A stretch of 64,000 nucleotides of DNA, from positions 32,001-96,000 of the IMG/VR virus record IMGVR_UViG_3300035137_000026. One strand, 5' to 3'. The notes below the pieces were generated by a model that worked only from the letters and a program-made list of their open reading frames with translations, ran no database searches and was not told the origin of the DNA. Made by a program: the position numbers and the translations under genes. This DNA is from a virus. Below are positions 34,825-45,177 of the stretch, piece after piece (positions within the stretch are counted from its first letter, which is position 1; every line of letters begins with the position of its first letter).

Positions 34825-35591
34825 TGGCATATAACAACTGGTTCAATCAGAACCCGACACCTAATGCGGGTTATTTACAGCGAAGTATGTGGAATGCTCA
34901 TGTCTTCGGCAGACAGCAGTTTGCTAAGAGTTTTGCCAGAGGCGGTATTGCCGCTACTATGTTTGCCCCAACCAGGAAGGAAATGCTACTAAGTCCTTGG
35001 CGTCTGAAGCATGCTGAAGGGAGTTCGCAATATATTAACAATCTTAGGAAGTTACAGAAACTGCACCCCAATAATCCAGGAATCAATAAGGCTTTAGGGG
35101 CAGCTGAGAAGGGTGCAACTAGGGGGATAGGTCGTGGTTTAGCTGGTGGTGCTCTTGGAGCAGCCATGGTTGCAATGCCAGCATTTATGGAAGAAGGGCC
35201 TGCTCACGAGAAAGCTCGAGCTGTTACTAAGGGAATTGGTGGATTAGCTGGTTTTGCAGCTGGAGCCAAGGTTGGAGCTGGTGTGGGTGCTGTTGTTGGT
35301 AGTTATGTGCCAGTAATTGGTACTGCTATCGGTGCAGCTGTTGGCGCAATTGTTGGTGGTATTGGGGGATCAATGACTGGAGAGAGTGTAACTGATTTTC
35401 TAACTAGAATCCCAGACAGAATGGTCGATAGAGAGAGGGCTCGGCGTGGATTTAATTGGGGGCAGCACAAGGCTGCTTTCCAGACTCAGCGAGCGTATAC
35501 AATGAGACAGCAGTCTCTTGCTTTAATGAACAGAGGCGCTATGTCCTCTAGATCTCTCCTAGGCCAGGAGGCTATGTTTGTGCATAGATAG
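34824..35591 (+). CDS. Glycine-zipper membrane-associated protein
   Basis: GAKVGAGVGAVVG...IGTAIGAAVGAIVGGIGG zipper. Confidence 0.75.
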   Translation: MAYNNWFNQNPTPNAGYLQRSMWNAHVFGRQQFAKSFARGGIAATMFAPTRKEMLLSPWRLKHAEGSSQYINNLRKLQKLHPNNPGINKALGAAEKGATRGIGRGLAGGALGAAMVAMPAFMEEGPAHEKARAVTKGIGGLAGFAAGAKVGAGVGAVVGSYVPVIGTAIGAAVGAIVGGIGGSMTGESVTDFLTRIPDRMVDRERARRGFNWGQHKAAFQTQRAYTMRQQSLALMNRGAMSSRSLLGQEAMFVHR

Positions 35592-35594
35592 AAT

Positions 35595-37532
35595 ATGGTA
35601 GATACTCACGCAGAAGATGCTTATGCAGATTTAAAAGATGTCCACCTTCCGTTCGACTTAGATGAAGTTAACGAGGACTGTGTGGAGTGTGTCCGCAAGC
35701 AGCTTGATAAATACAAAAAGCATATGGATGAGAACAGTAGAAAGACCGAAGGTCGATTTGTTGTTCCATGCCGTGGCATTCCAAAAGACTACATCGATCC
35801 TATTCTGAAGGAGACTGTCAGCGAAGAAGTCTGGGAGGAAATGGAATCTGTAGTTGATATTGTTAAGTGGGCAGCTAAGTACTTGAAGCTTCCAACCGGC
35901 AACCCATGGATTGCTAGGTGGTATCAGGAGAAGGTTCTTAGATGCAGTTCTAGACGAAAGATGCTCCGTATTGCTCGACGAACTGGCAAGACTGATTTGG
36001 TTTGTGTAGAGATTTGCTACTACATGTTCACCGAGCCGAATATCAAGATTGTTGTAGCTGGGCCTCAGAAGTCACATACAGAAGAGATTATCACTAGAGT
36101 AAGAGGATTTATTCAGAGCAATCCTGCTCTCTCGAGTATGGTTACTCGTGACGTGTCTGCACCATGGTACGAAATTAAGCTTACCAATGGTGCTAGACTC
36201 AGAGGTTTTGCGGCTGGTACCAAGGGTAAAGGAGAGGGTGTAGGTATCCGTGGCCAGGATGCTGACAGACTTTATCTCGAGGAAATGGACTATGTTGACG
36301 AGAAGGCTATTACGGGTGCTGTAATTCCCATCCTACAGACAACACCTGATACAGCTCTAGTGGGTTTTTCCACGCCCTCAGGGTTCCAGACTCCGTACTT
36401 CAAGTTCTGTACGGACAATCCTCACTATATAGAATTCCACTACAACTACAAAGTCCTTCCGCACTGGAAGAATGTAGAGATGGAGAGGTCTTCATTTACG
36501 GAAGAGGACTGGACTCATGAGTACCTTGCAGAGTGGGGCTCTTCTGAGGAAGGCGTATACAAACCGGCTTATGTTGATGAGGCTCTGCAGACTTATGTAT
36601 ATGGTGATCATGTAAGAAGTCCATCATGGAGATATTGTATTGGTACCGACTGGAATGAGAAACATGGTACGGAAATTGTAGTTGTTGGCTACAATACGCT
36701 GAACGGACTTTATAAGGTCGTAGAATCTGTTCTGGTTCCTAAATCTGAATTCACACAACTGTCTGGTGTTCAGAAGCTAATTGAGATGAACAAGAAGTGG
36801 AGACCGTCCTTTATCTATATTGATGCTGGCAATGGGAGTACTAACTATGAGTTGCTACGTAAAACAGCCTATGAGCAGAGAACAAAGGATGGAGACAGAG
36901 ACACAGCTAGATTGTTAGACATCCTCAAGAAGTATGATGCTGGTTCCTCGCTGAAGATCAAGGATCCTATCACAGGGCAGGAAGTACGCTCACCAGCTAA
37001 ACCATTTATGGTGAATGCCTCTGTTAGAATGTTCGAGCAGAAACGAATCACTATCTCTGCCAACGATCAGGTTCTAGAAAAACAGCTGCGCAACTACATT
37101 ATCGATCGGATGACGCCCACCAAGGTGCCTGTATATGGTCTTGCTAACCCTACTGTTGGTGATCACCGTCTAGATGCACTCAATCTTGCACTGGTAGCGT
37201 TTCAGTTAGAATTTAATGACTTGCATACTGTGAATGTTCTTACTACTGTTGCCGCCGTTCCAGATCCAAGAACCAAGACCACGCACATGAGAGAAGATAC
37301 TAAGCTCTACAATAAAGAGCACCAGCCTTCTGATAGGCGTCTTGAAGAGGTTAATAGAAACTCGGTATTTGGTATAATGCCTGCAAGGCTAGATACTGTT
37401 CGAAGTACAGTCAAAACTAACCGTCCAGGTTGGGAGACAGACCAAGAGCCAGAGCGTTGGCAGCAATATTTGCAAAGAAAACGTAATAGGGGTACTGTAT
37501 CTAGAGGCCGACCCAGCCGCAGCAATTTCTAG
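35595..37532 (+). CDS. Terminase large subunit
   Basis: RIARRTGKT Walker A, GQDADRLYLEEMD Walker B, STP coupling motif, IGTDWN and DHRLDA RNase H-like nuclease motifs. Confidence 0.93.
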   Translation: MVDTHAEDAYADLKDVHLPFDLDEVNEDCVECVRKQLDKYKKHMDENSRKTEGRFVVPCRGIPKDYIDPILKETVSEEVWEEMESVVDIVKWAAKYLKLPTGNPWIARWYQEKVLRCSSRRKMLRIARRTGKTDLVCVEICYYMFTEPNIKIVVAGPQKSHTEEIITRVRGFIQSNPALSSMVTRDVSAPWYEIKLTNGARLRGFAAGTKGKGEGVGIRGQDADRLYLEEMDYVDEKAITGAVIPILQTTPDTALVGFSTPSGFQTPYFKFCTDNPHYIEFHYNYKVLPHWKNVEMERSSFTEEDWTHEYLAEWGSSEEGVYKPAYVDEALQTYVYGDHVRSPSWRYCIGTDWNEKHGTEIVVVGYNTLNGLYKVVESVLVPKSEFTQLSGVQKLIEMNKKWRPSFIYIDAGNGSTNYELLRKTAYEQRTKDGDRDTARLLDILKKYDAGSSLKIKDPITGQEVRSPAKPFMVNASVRMFEQKRITISANDQVLEKQLRNYIIDRMTPTKVPVYGLANPTVGDHRLDALNLALVAFQLEFNDLHTVNVLTTVAAVPDPRTKTTHMREDTKLYNKEHQPSDRRLEEVNRNSVFGIMPARLDTVRSTVKTNRPGWETDQEPERWQQYLQRKRNRGTVSRGRPSRSNF

Positions 37533-37540
37533 GAGGACTT

Positions 37541-38002
37541 ATGGGGCTTCACTTGTATTATAAAGAAGATGATGGCTTTGTTGAGATCACCGATACTGGA
37601 GATCTTACACAGCCACTAACAACAGTGCATGACGGGAAGACAGGGGACATCCAAACAGTTCAGGTCTATCTACGGAATGATGATAGCTCTAAGTGGTTTT
37701 CAAATGTTGTTATCAAGCCTGTAGACTTAGTAGATGCAAACCCATATGGAGATATTATCTATACAGAGACTGGCTGGGGTGTAAAACTTAGTAAAGGTTC
37801 AGAAGAGCCTACAAAGGGAGAATGGGAAGATATTGACTGGGGCGACTCGATCAACATGGACGATATTGGTGCTGATATTGGTGCTGATATAGCTACCTAT
37901 TATCCTTTCTGGTTTTTAATCACCTGTCCTCCGAACACGGATGCAAAAATCAAAACCGATATAGTGCTCAACGTAGCCTATACAGAGAATTCGGTAATAT
38001 AA
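37541..38002 (+). CDS. Hypothetical virion-associated protein
   Basis: Beta-rich acidic ORF between TerL and portal. Confidence 0.7.
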   Translation: MGLHLYYKEDDGFVEITDTGDLTQPLTTVHDGKTGDIQTVQVYLRNDDSSKWFSNVVIKPVDLVDANPYGDIIYTETGWGVKLSKGSEEPTKGEWEDIDWGDSINMDDIGADIGADIATYYPFWFLITCPPNTDAKIKTDIVLNVAYTENSVI

Positions 38003-38004
38003 CT

Positions 38005-38430
38005 ATGACGCAGCCAACAGTATCCAAACTAAGAGACTTGCTGAAGCCTCGAGATAGGCAGATTATTGATGCCACAGCTGGGACTAATTGGATACCCAAG
38101 AATCCTCGAGAGCTTATTTTGCCTTATACAGAGGAAGACGAGGAAGTAGATCGTACTTCTGTCGAATTCCGTCGCAAGAAGGCTAAGGAAGTCTACGACG
38201 GCTATGGTGTTCTTATCGAAGAGTGTCAACAGCTCGAAGAGGAGATCATTGAACAAAGTAAGGACGTCGAGGTTACTCTTAATCCCGCTACACATCTTCG
38301 GGTGATAGAGGCAGTACAGAGAGTATTTCCAGGATCTGATGGCAAGACGATTACCTTTGAGATGTATCAGAAATGCATCCAGGCGCTGGCAAAGGTAAGT
38401 AACGAAAACATCCCGAAGCCGTATAGGTGA
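38005..38430 (+). CDS. Hypothetical protein
   Basis: 141-aa tiled ORF. Confidence 0.7.
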   Translation: MTQPTVSKLRDLLKPRDRQIIDATAGTNWIPKNPRELILPYTEEDEEVDRTSVEFRRKKAKEVYDGYGVLIEECQQLEEEIIEQSKDVEVTLNPATHLRVIEAVQRVFPGSDGKTITFEMYQKCIQALAKVSNENIPKPYR

Positions 38431-38442
38431 GAACAATGGCAG

Positions 38443-38811
38443 GTGACAGTTATGATGGTATTTAGTCCTATTAATGATCAGGCATATGATGAGGCAGCAA
38501 TACAGATAACATACTGTAAGTTGTTTCCCTTACTAACAGAGGATTTTCTTACACGACTAGATTCCAAAGAGATGATGTTGGCTTCTAACCTGATTGTGCA
38601 AACAGATGCTGGTCAGGCAGTTTCTACAACTGGTAGTCCAGTAGCACAATCTGGCTCAACTACTTCGCCTGGACAAGGTCGTGTTAATGCTACTTATCTG
38701 GGCGATTACAAGAAGCCTGGCACCTTGGGGCTTGAGCAAGAGAAGAAAGCTATTAAGGAGGCCGGAGGGCAGGTAACTGGTTCTGTCCTTGAGGCTGGAC
38801 TGGGTGAATAG
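38443..38811 (+). CDS. Hypothetical protein
   Basis: 122-aa tiled ORF. Confidence 0.6.
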   Translation: MTVMMVFSPINDQAYDEAAIQITYCKLFPLLTEDFLTRLDSKEMMLASNLIVQTDAGQAVSTTGSPVAQSGSTTSPGQGRVNATYLGDYKKPGTLGLEQEKKAIKEAGGQVTGSVLEAGLGE

Positions 38812-40812
38812 ATGTCGTTTACACAAGATACACATACGCAAGTGGATACTAGCCCTAAAGAGCTGTATCGTGCTGGTCCAGTAAAAGTGGATGTAAATCC
38901 GGCGAATCCATTTAGTCAAGTAGATTATGGCGTGATCATTAAGGCTTTTGAGTTTGAGGCTTCTAATATCGAGACAGAAGAAGCTGCTAAGGCCCATCAC
39001 TATAGAGATGTCTATTCTACAAAGAACTTTTCCTATCGTGTTCGTGAACAGATGAATTATTATCCTGGCATGCATCAGACTACTGGTGGTGTGCCTGGTG
39101 AAGATCCATTCTATACAAATGCCAAGAAGATAGCCGACGACAGGCTCAACTTCTGGGACAATGCAATGGATAATCCAGAGTCTTTTATGGACGGTCTACG
39201 AGATAGACAAGCGGACTTTGATTACACCAAAATCTTTGGATCAGATCTATCAGCTAAGAAAAGAGCTGAAGAGATTGGTAAGATGCTTACCGAGTGTGTT
39301 CCTTGCTTTGATAGGTTGCTGGATGGTATGCAGCTATTGCCTGATGGAGATCTTCTCGAGATACACGCTCTTAATATCAAAATCCGTACAGACTTACTTG
39401 ATAAGATTCGTGAGCTGTTTAAAGACCCAGGAGCATTTATTGATATCTGTGAACTACTCAAGATGCTGTCTCACTTGTGTCCACAAGATCTCCTGGCAAT
39501 CCTAGCTCTCTTAACACAGTACCTAGCTAAACTGAACCTGGATTTCCGATTCAACTTGGATTTCATTATTCAGCTGGTTGGGCCGATCCTCAGCCCATTC
39601 CTAGATGCTCTGTCTGCATGGTTAGACAAGTGGATACAGCTTATTCTGACTCCCATCATCTGTGTGGTAGACCACATCAATGAGACTATTCTTTTGGCTC
39701 AAAGCATGAAGATTCCATTTTCTGATGTGAGTGCCAATGTAGGTATGGATTTAGGTGTCGCAGCACCAGCACACGAGAATGCTGCTGGTAGTTTCGGTTT
39801 TGGTGGAAATACTGGTGTCGGAGATGCCTCTGGAACGAATATGGATCCACATGCTTCAGCGTGGACGGGTTGGCAGTGGGAAGAATTTAATACTCCCGAT
39901 GAGGAAAAATACAACCCCGTAGTTCCGACTCCTCCAGCAGAAGAGACCCAGATGGCGAAAGAGGAGATAGTAGAAGCCTGGAGTCCATCATTCTCAGAAG
40001 CTGAAAGAGAAGAGCGGAATGCGAGATGGAGAGAGTTGCAAGCTCGAGAAAGAGCAAAGAGAGATAGAGTACCTCCGCCTGAACAATACCGAAATACCGA
40101 TGGTACTCGTTGGAGTAAGGATGATATTCCCAATTCTGAGAAATATCAGACTGGTGGTGGCTGGGAAGGTGGCTATAATCCACCCGAAGACCAAACTGCC
40201 CCCAGTGAAGGTACGGCTTATCTAGACGCTTCTCCTCTGGTGAACTCTATCGTTCAAATGCGCAATATTCTCCAGGGTGGCATTCAGTATATCAAGGACT
40301 GGTTTACCTATATCACCCAAATGATTTATGATTTGTTGGGTACAGATTTTGGCTGGATGAGTACAAAGGCTGATAACACAATGTTGAGGTCTAGAATCAT
40401 TCAGCTTATTCTAATGGTTAAGTCCATAATCGAAGCCATCGCTAAGAATGGTTTAGAATGTGGCACGCATAGTAACTTTAATCCAGCTCAGCTGAAATAT
40501 ATTCTTGAGGATGAGCTGAATGGTAGAACAAATACAGACTTTGAGGTTAGACCAGATGGAACGATTGTTGTTCGCCCTCCCACAACTACGTGGCCCAGCG
40601 ACCAGACTGAGGAAGATTTACCTAAAGAACCTGGTCAGATTCCTGGACCGCTGCCTGGCGTTGTTATCGAAGAGCCAATACCTAGTGGAGACAAGCAAAA
40701 TTACGTAGAATCGGGTATTATTATCAAAGACTGTTTCAAGAGCATATCCGCTACAGAGCTTGAACAGGCCAGAGCATGGATTGCTGATTTTGAGAAGAAG
40801 GGTGCTGTTTAA
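38812..40812 (+). CDS. Large hypothetical protein, 666 aa, preceding portal
   Basis: Helical Cys-containing blocks flanking a Gly/Pro/acidic low-complexity centre. Confidence 0.8.
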   Translation: MSFTQDTHTQVDTSPKELYRAGPVKVDVNPANPFSQVDYGVIIKAFEFEASNIETEEAAKAHHYRDVYSTKNFSYRVREQMNYYPGMHQTTGGVPGEDPFYTNAKKIADDRLNFWDNAMDNPESFMDGLRDRQADFDYTKIFGSDLSAKKRAEEIGKMLTECVPCFDRLLDGMQLLPDGDLLEIHALNIKIRTDLLDKIRELFKDPGAFIDICELLKMLSHLCPQDLLAILALLTQYLAKLNLDFRFNLDFIIQLVGPILSPFLDALSAWLDKWIQLILTPIICVVDHINETILLAQSMKIPFSDVSANVGMDLGVAAPAHENAAGSFGFGGNTGVGDASGTNMDPHASAWTGWQWEEFNTPDEEKYNPVVPTPPAEETQMAKEEIVEAWSPSFSEAEREERNARWRELQARERAKRDRVPPPEQYRNTDGTRWSKDDIPNSEKYQTGGGWEGGYNPPEDQTAPSEGTAYLDASPLVNSIVQMRNILQGGIQYIKDWFTYITQMIYDLLGTDFGWMSTKADNTMLRSRIIQLILMVKSIIEAIAKNGLECGTHSNFNPAQLKYILEDELNGRTNTDFEVRPDGTIVVRPPTTTWPSDQTEEDLPKEPGQIPGPLPGVVIEEPIPSGDKQNYVESGIIIKDCFKSISATELEQARAWIADFEKKGAV

Positions 40813-43037
40813 TGGGAGTCAAAACTGAACAACTAGAATTCTTCGATCAGCAGGCACCGAATAACGGTTTCGGCAATACTAAAACTGGTCAGGCCAAGAG
40901 AGTGACTATTCCACGGATCATTCCGTCATCTGTCAAGGCCTTTACGGCTAATCTTGGCCGAGGCCGAGTGAATTCTATCCGTTGGGAGTTGCCCGAGTGG
41001 GATCTAGCTGAGTGCGGCCGAATCCTAGATACAGAAGCTTATGTTCGTAGAGCCTTTCGCAATAAGAAAAACCTCTTCATGAAAGAAGGCTGTCAGTTCG
41101 TAGGTGCTAAGCCTGAACGAGTAAGTTACATCAAACGTCGCTTCCAGCAAATAGAAGAAGCCACTCAAATTCCATTCAAGATTTGGCTGGGTCAGATCGT
41201 TTGGTCTTTGGTTCGGACAAATAATGCATTCTTAGCGAAGGTTCGAAATGAGAAGTCTTCTGGTGGCAGAATCCGGACTAGCGCTAATGGCAAACAACTT
41301 AAGCCGGTAGCAGGCTATTTCCCTATCTCTCCAGAGACACTTCGTTTCAAACGAGATGAATACGGTAAAATACTTAAGTATTCTCAAGAGGTTTATGGTA
41401 AGACGGCGGTAGAATTCCGCCCAGAGGACATTATCCACTTCTACTTTGATAAGCGTGAGGGCTTTGCTGTTGGTACTCCAGACCTGGTGCCTGTGAAAGA
41501 TGATATTCGTGCTCTCAGACGGATTGAAGAGAACGTGGAACTACTTGTATATCAACACCTTTTCCCACTATTCCACTACACAGTGGGTACACAGAATGAG
41601 CCAGCCAAGGTATATGCTGATGGCCGGGATGAGGTTCAGGAAGTACAGTTAAAGGTAGCTCAGATGCCGTCTGATGGTTGCTGGGTAACACCTGAACGGC
41701 ACAAGATTGAGGCAATCAGTGCTTCGAGTTCTCCTGTGGCAGTTGAAAAAGTAATTGCACATTTCAAGCAGCGTATCTATACGGGTTTGGGAGTAAGCTC
41801 TGTAGATATGGGTGAAGGCGATACGGCTAACAAGTCTACAGCTCAAACTATGTCTCGGAACCTTATTGATGATACGAAGGCCAACCAGAAAGAATTTGCA
41901 GCTCAGTTTGAAGCATTCATAATCAGAGAGCTACTCCTCGAGAGTACATTCTCTGACGCTACTTTGCTGGATGAAGAGAACGAAGTCTACCTCCAATTTA
42001 ATGAGATCGACTTTGAATCTCGTCAGGCGAAAGAGAACCATCTGGTTGATATCTTTCTTAAAAACGCCATCACACATGACGAATTACGTACTGGAATGGG
42101 CAAAGAGCCGTTCCAGGGTGAAGGTTGGCCAACATCTAGAAACAAGTCTGTTATATTCACTAAGGGCGACGGTGATTGGGCTAGAACCAATTATGGCCTA
42201 ATTGAACGTGACAAGATGCTCATTACAGCTGTAGACGAACCTCAGTCCGAGCAGGCTAAAGCAGAATCTAAATCTCGAACCACAGCCAACACGGCTAAGA
42301 CATTATCTTCTAGTGGCGGGAACTCAGTCTCCAATAAGAATACACCTAGCAACCAGCACGGAACACGCAGTACTACTAAGGTAAACAAAGACAACTTTGG
42401 TGTCCACAATACTATTCCTTCTCTAAGTGTGATATATATGCAGGGCGCTCCTCTACAGAATATGTATGATACGCTGTCTGATGACTTGGGTCGACATATT
42501 CGCACTCGAGGAGTGGTGATGTCTGAGCTAAGAGTACTAATTGACTCAGCTTTTGGACATGCTAAGGAAAGATTGATATCCTTATGTCAACGAGCTTATA
42601 GGCTAGGCCTGCAGGATGCTGGGGCTGAAGTTTGGGAAGTCCGTTCTGATGTGGCAGATAATAAGATCAATGACCATATTTCAAGATATGTGGACAAGTT
42701 AAGGAAAGATGTAGTGTCACAGCTAAATCGCCACACCCTCAAATCTAGGGATATTACTGATGCCAATGCCGTGTTTGTTAGTCTAATCATGGATTCTCTT
42801 AGACACAGAGCAACTATGATTGATAATAGTGAAGTTATGCGGGCATATAACTACGGCAAGGTTAGCGGGTTCCGGATTAGAGGCTTTGAGCGGATCGCCA
42901 GCCGTAGACATAATGCTCGAGATTGTGATATCTGTGACAGGCATATTTTGAAATACGAAAACAGTGATGTTATAATTTTTGAAGACTTACCCCCTCTGCA
43001 TCCAAATTGCACATGCACAATGGAGCGAGAGGCTTAA
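40812..43037 (+). CDS. Portal protein with C-terminal Mu gpF/SPP1 gp7-like segment
   Basis: IIHF.FDK...GTPDL.PVKDDIRALRRIEE, IYTGLGVSSVDMG portal-like core; C-terminal CDIC...PPLHPNCTC; position between TerL and protease. Confidence 0.8.
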   Translation: MGVKTEQLEFFDQQAPNNGFGNTKTGQAKRVTIPRIIPSSVKAFTANLGRGRVNSIRWELPEWDLAECGRILDTEAYVRRAFRNKKNLFMKEGCQFVGAKPERVSYIKRRFQQIEEATQIPFKIWLGQIVWSLVRTNNAFLAKVRNEKSSGGRIRTSANGKQLKPVAGYFPISPETLRFKRDEYGKILKYSQEVYGKTAVEFRPEDIIHFYFDKREGFAVGTPDLVPVKDDIRALRRIEENVELLVYQHLFPLFHYTVGTQNEPAKVYADGRDEVQEVQLKVAQMPSDGCWVTPERHKIEAISASSSPVAVEKVIAHFKQRIYTGLGVSSVDMGEGDTANKSTAQTMSRNLIDDTKANQKEFAAQFEAFIIRELLLESTFSDATLLDEENEVYLQFNEIDFESRQAKENHLVDIFLKNAITHDELRTGMGKEPFQGEGWPTSRNKSVIFTKGDGDWARTNYGLIERDKMLITAVDEPQSEQAKAESKSRTTANTAKTLSSSGGNSVSNKNTPSNQHGTRSTTKVNKDNFGVHNTIPSLSVIYMQGAPLQNMYDTLSDDLGRHIRTRGVVMSELRVLIDSAFGHAKERLISLCQRAYRLGLQDAGAEVWEVRSDVADNKINDHISRYVDKLRKDVVSQLNRHTLKSRDITDANAVFVSLIMDSLRHRATMIDNSEVMRAYNYGKVSGFRIRGFERIASRRHNARDCDICDRHILKYENSDVIIFEDLPPLHPNCTCTMEREA

Positions 43038-43051
43038 GGAGTGTTAGCAAT

Positions 43052-45151
43052 ATGACGCTAAATTTCAACTTTACAGATTACTTTAGGCTTACACAGCCTA
43101 GTGATCAGCAGGTAGAAGAGTGGAAGGATTATCTGGGTGGCATGACTGCTAGTCAGGGTCTTCGTATTATCATGGAGGCTACCCACGCTGCATATCTGAA
43201 TCGTAATGACAGAGTGTATATCCCATCTCGCATGGCTGAGGGTGTTTCTACTTTCAGAACTGGCGAGAAACCAACCAAGCTTCTCAAGCATCACCGCCCA
43301 GACGAAGATCCTGTTGGTGTTATTCGTGGGGCTAGATTTGTACCTACCGTACCCGATGAACTTGCATACAACCCTGATGTTATCAACTTGATGAGCAGCA
43401 GTGCTCCCATTAAGGATCAGCTAAAGTCTATGAGAAATCTATGGCGTTCTGGAGTCTTTCATCAGGAAGGCTGGAGAGGCCTAGGTTACATCGAACTTAT
43501 CGGTGACGTGTATGACAAGACAACGATTGAGCAGATTCAGGATGGACGTTTTGACGCTGTGTCTACTAGCTTCCGTTCCCCTGGACATGTATACTGCTTT
43601 ATCTGTGGACAGAACTGGGCCAAAGATGGCTACTGTGATCACGATCATAGCGAACTCTATACAGAAGATGGAGCAGAAGAAGATGATATGAAGTTTCCAG
43701 CAATGGCAATTGCAGGGCTTCATGACTATATAGAAACCAGCTTTATTACATTTGAAGGCGATGCATTAGCAACGGTTAAAGTAATGGATGAAGCTAATGC
43801 TGATAACAATATTACGTTCTTCTTGCCAGATACTTGGAAGGAAGAGCCAACCACTTGTGAACCCACTTTTGAGTTTAAGGACTTCAAGGAGGACGATATG
43901 GCAAAGCCAGCAACGAAAGATGAAATTACTCTTTCCGACGCCGAGCAGAAAGTTCTCGATATCATTAAGAAACTTCGTGCGGATGCTAAGGATGAAGACC
44001 TTATTCCGTTGGCCCAGAAGATTGTGGTCCTTCGGGATGAGGAAGGATTCCTTCCATTCCAGCAGGAAGCGGAGATTGATGAAGAGACGGCTATCCAGTA
44101 CGCTCTTGAAGACTTAGAGACATCCGATCAGGAAGTGGACGCAGATGCAGTGTATATGGAGATGGAGAAAGAATTAGACGAACTAGATCTTGCAGATGCT
44201 AAGCTTAGTACTAAGACTCGTAAGGGCCTACCTAGCTCAGCATTCTGTGGTCCAGATCGTTCTTTCCCAGTACCGGACTGTGCACATGTTACTGCTGCCC
44301 GCCGCCTAATTGGTCGTTACAAAGGTCCAGGCAACAAATCTTCGATTCTTGCTTGTGTATCTCGTAAGGCCAAGTCTCTAGGTTGCAACAGCAGCGATAG
44401 CGGTGAGGAACAGGGTACCAACAACGACTCTACCAACACGAACCTACTCCCATGTGAGGAAAACAGCCTAAAGAATATGGAAGACAACGATCTCCGTAAT
44501 GTTTATATGGCTGCTGAGCTAGAGCTTGTATCTCGAGGCCAGAAGATGGCATTTGAGTGCAAGGAGTGCGCTCTTCACGAGGAGAAGGTCAAGAAGGCCG
44601 AGAAATCAGTCGCAAAGGCTGAAGCTAAGGTCGAAAAACTCAATGATACTCTAGGTATTCTACGTGAGGAACTTCAGCGTGCATATGCAGATTATGCTGC
44701 TCAGGTTGACATCACAGTAGAAGCTAAGGCATCATTACACGCAGAACAGGTTGAAAATCTTGCGCTAATTGGAGTTTTGAATAAGAAGTATGATACTCTT
44801 GATGCAGCAAAAGTTGAAATCAAGGATAAAGACCTTGGTAAACTAGGAGAGGCCATCAAAGATGGCTTTGACCTTGAAAGCGTGACAGCGAAACTTAATG
44901 ACGGTATGGCTAGAGAGCCAGAGGGTATAGTGAAGGATCCCACGGTAAATCCGGATGGAGATAATCCACGGCTTCCAGAGGAACTTACAGGCCCAGCTCT
45001 GATGGCTATTGACAACATTAAAGAATTAGTCTCGGATGGCAAGATTTCTGATGCGAAGCACATTTATGCTACAATGAAGAAGTTGAAGTTGTTCCATGAT
45101 GAATTAACATTTGAAAGCCTTTCAGTGGAAGACGAAAACACCACTGAGTAG
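43052..45151 (+). CDS. Prohead protease/scaffold polyprotein
   Basis: KLLKHH...PVG (His), IQDGRFDAVSTSF (Ser), CFICG...CDH, ETSF; acidic coiled-coil C-terminus; AAGGAG SD before ATG 43052. Confidence 0.75.
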   Translation: MTLNFNFTDYFRLTQPSDQQVEEWKDYLGGMTASQGLRIIMEATHAAYLNRNDRVYIPSRMAEGVSTFRTGEKPTKLLKHHRPDEDPVGVIRGARFVPTVPDELAYNPDVINLMSSSAPIKDQLKSMRNLWRSGVFHQEGWRGLGYIELIGDVYDKTTIEQIQDGRFDAVSTSFRSPGHVYCFICGQNWAKDGYCDHDHSELYTEDGAEEDDMKFPAMAIAGLHDYIETSFITFEGDALATVKVMDEANADNNITFFLPDTWKEEPTTCEPTFEFKDFKEDDMAKPATKDEITLSDAEQKVLDIIKKLRADAKDEDLIPLAQKIVVLRDEEGFLPFQQEAEIDEETAIQYALEDLETSDQEVDADAVYMEMEKELDELDLADAKLSTKTRKGLPSSAFCGPDRSFPVPDCAHVTAARRLIGRYKGPGNKSSILACVSRKAKSLGCNSSDSGEEQGTNNDSTNTNLLPCEENSLKNMEDNDLRNVYMAAELELVSRGQKMAFECKECALHEEKVKKAEKSVAKAEAKVEKLNDTLGILREELQRAYADYAAQVDITVEAKASLHAEQVENLALIGVLNKKYDTLDAAKVEIKDKDLGKLGEAIKDGFDLESVTAKLNDGMAREPEGIVKDPTVNPDGDNPRLPEELTGPALMAIDNIKELVSDGKISDAKHIYATMKKLKLFHDELTFESLSVEDENTTE

Positions 45152-45177
45152 AATTTGATACTAGGAGGTAACCAACT

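Noticed and set aside
35589-35597. TAG of the third glycine-zipper gene is in frame with the TerL ATG two codons later (possible readthrough fusion)
   Set aside because: One-in-three chance arrangement; no readthrough signal recognised; TerL has its own Met, although its SD is weak
37861-37893. Short tandem repeat GATATTGGTGCT x2.5
   Set aside because: In-frame coding repeat (DIGA-DIGA-DIA); too short for an array
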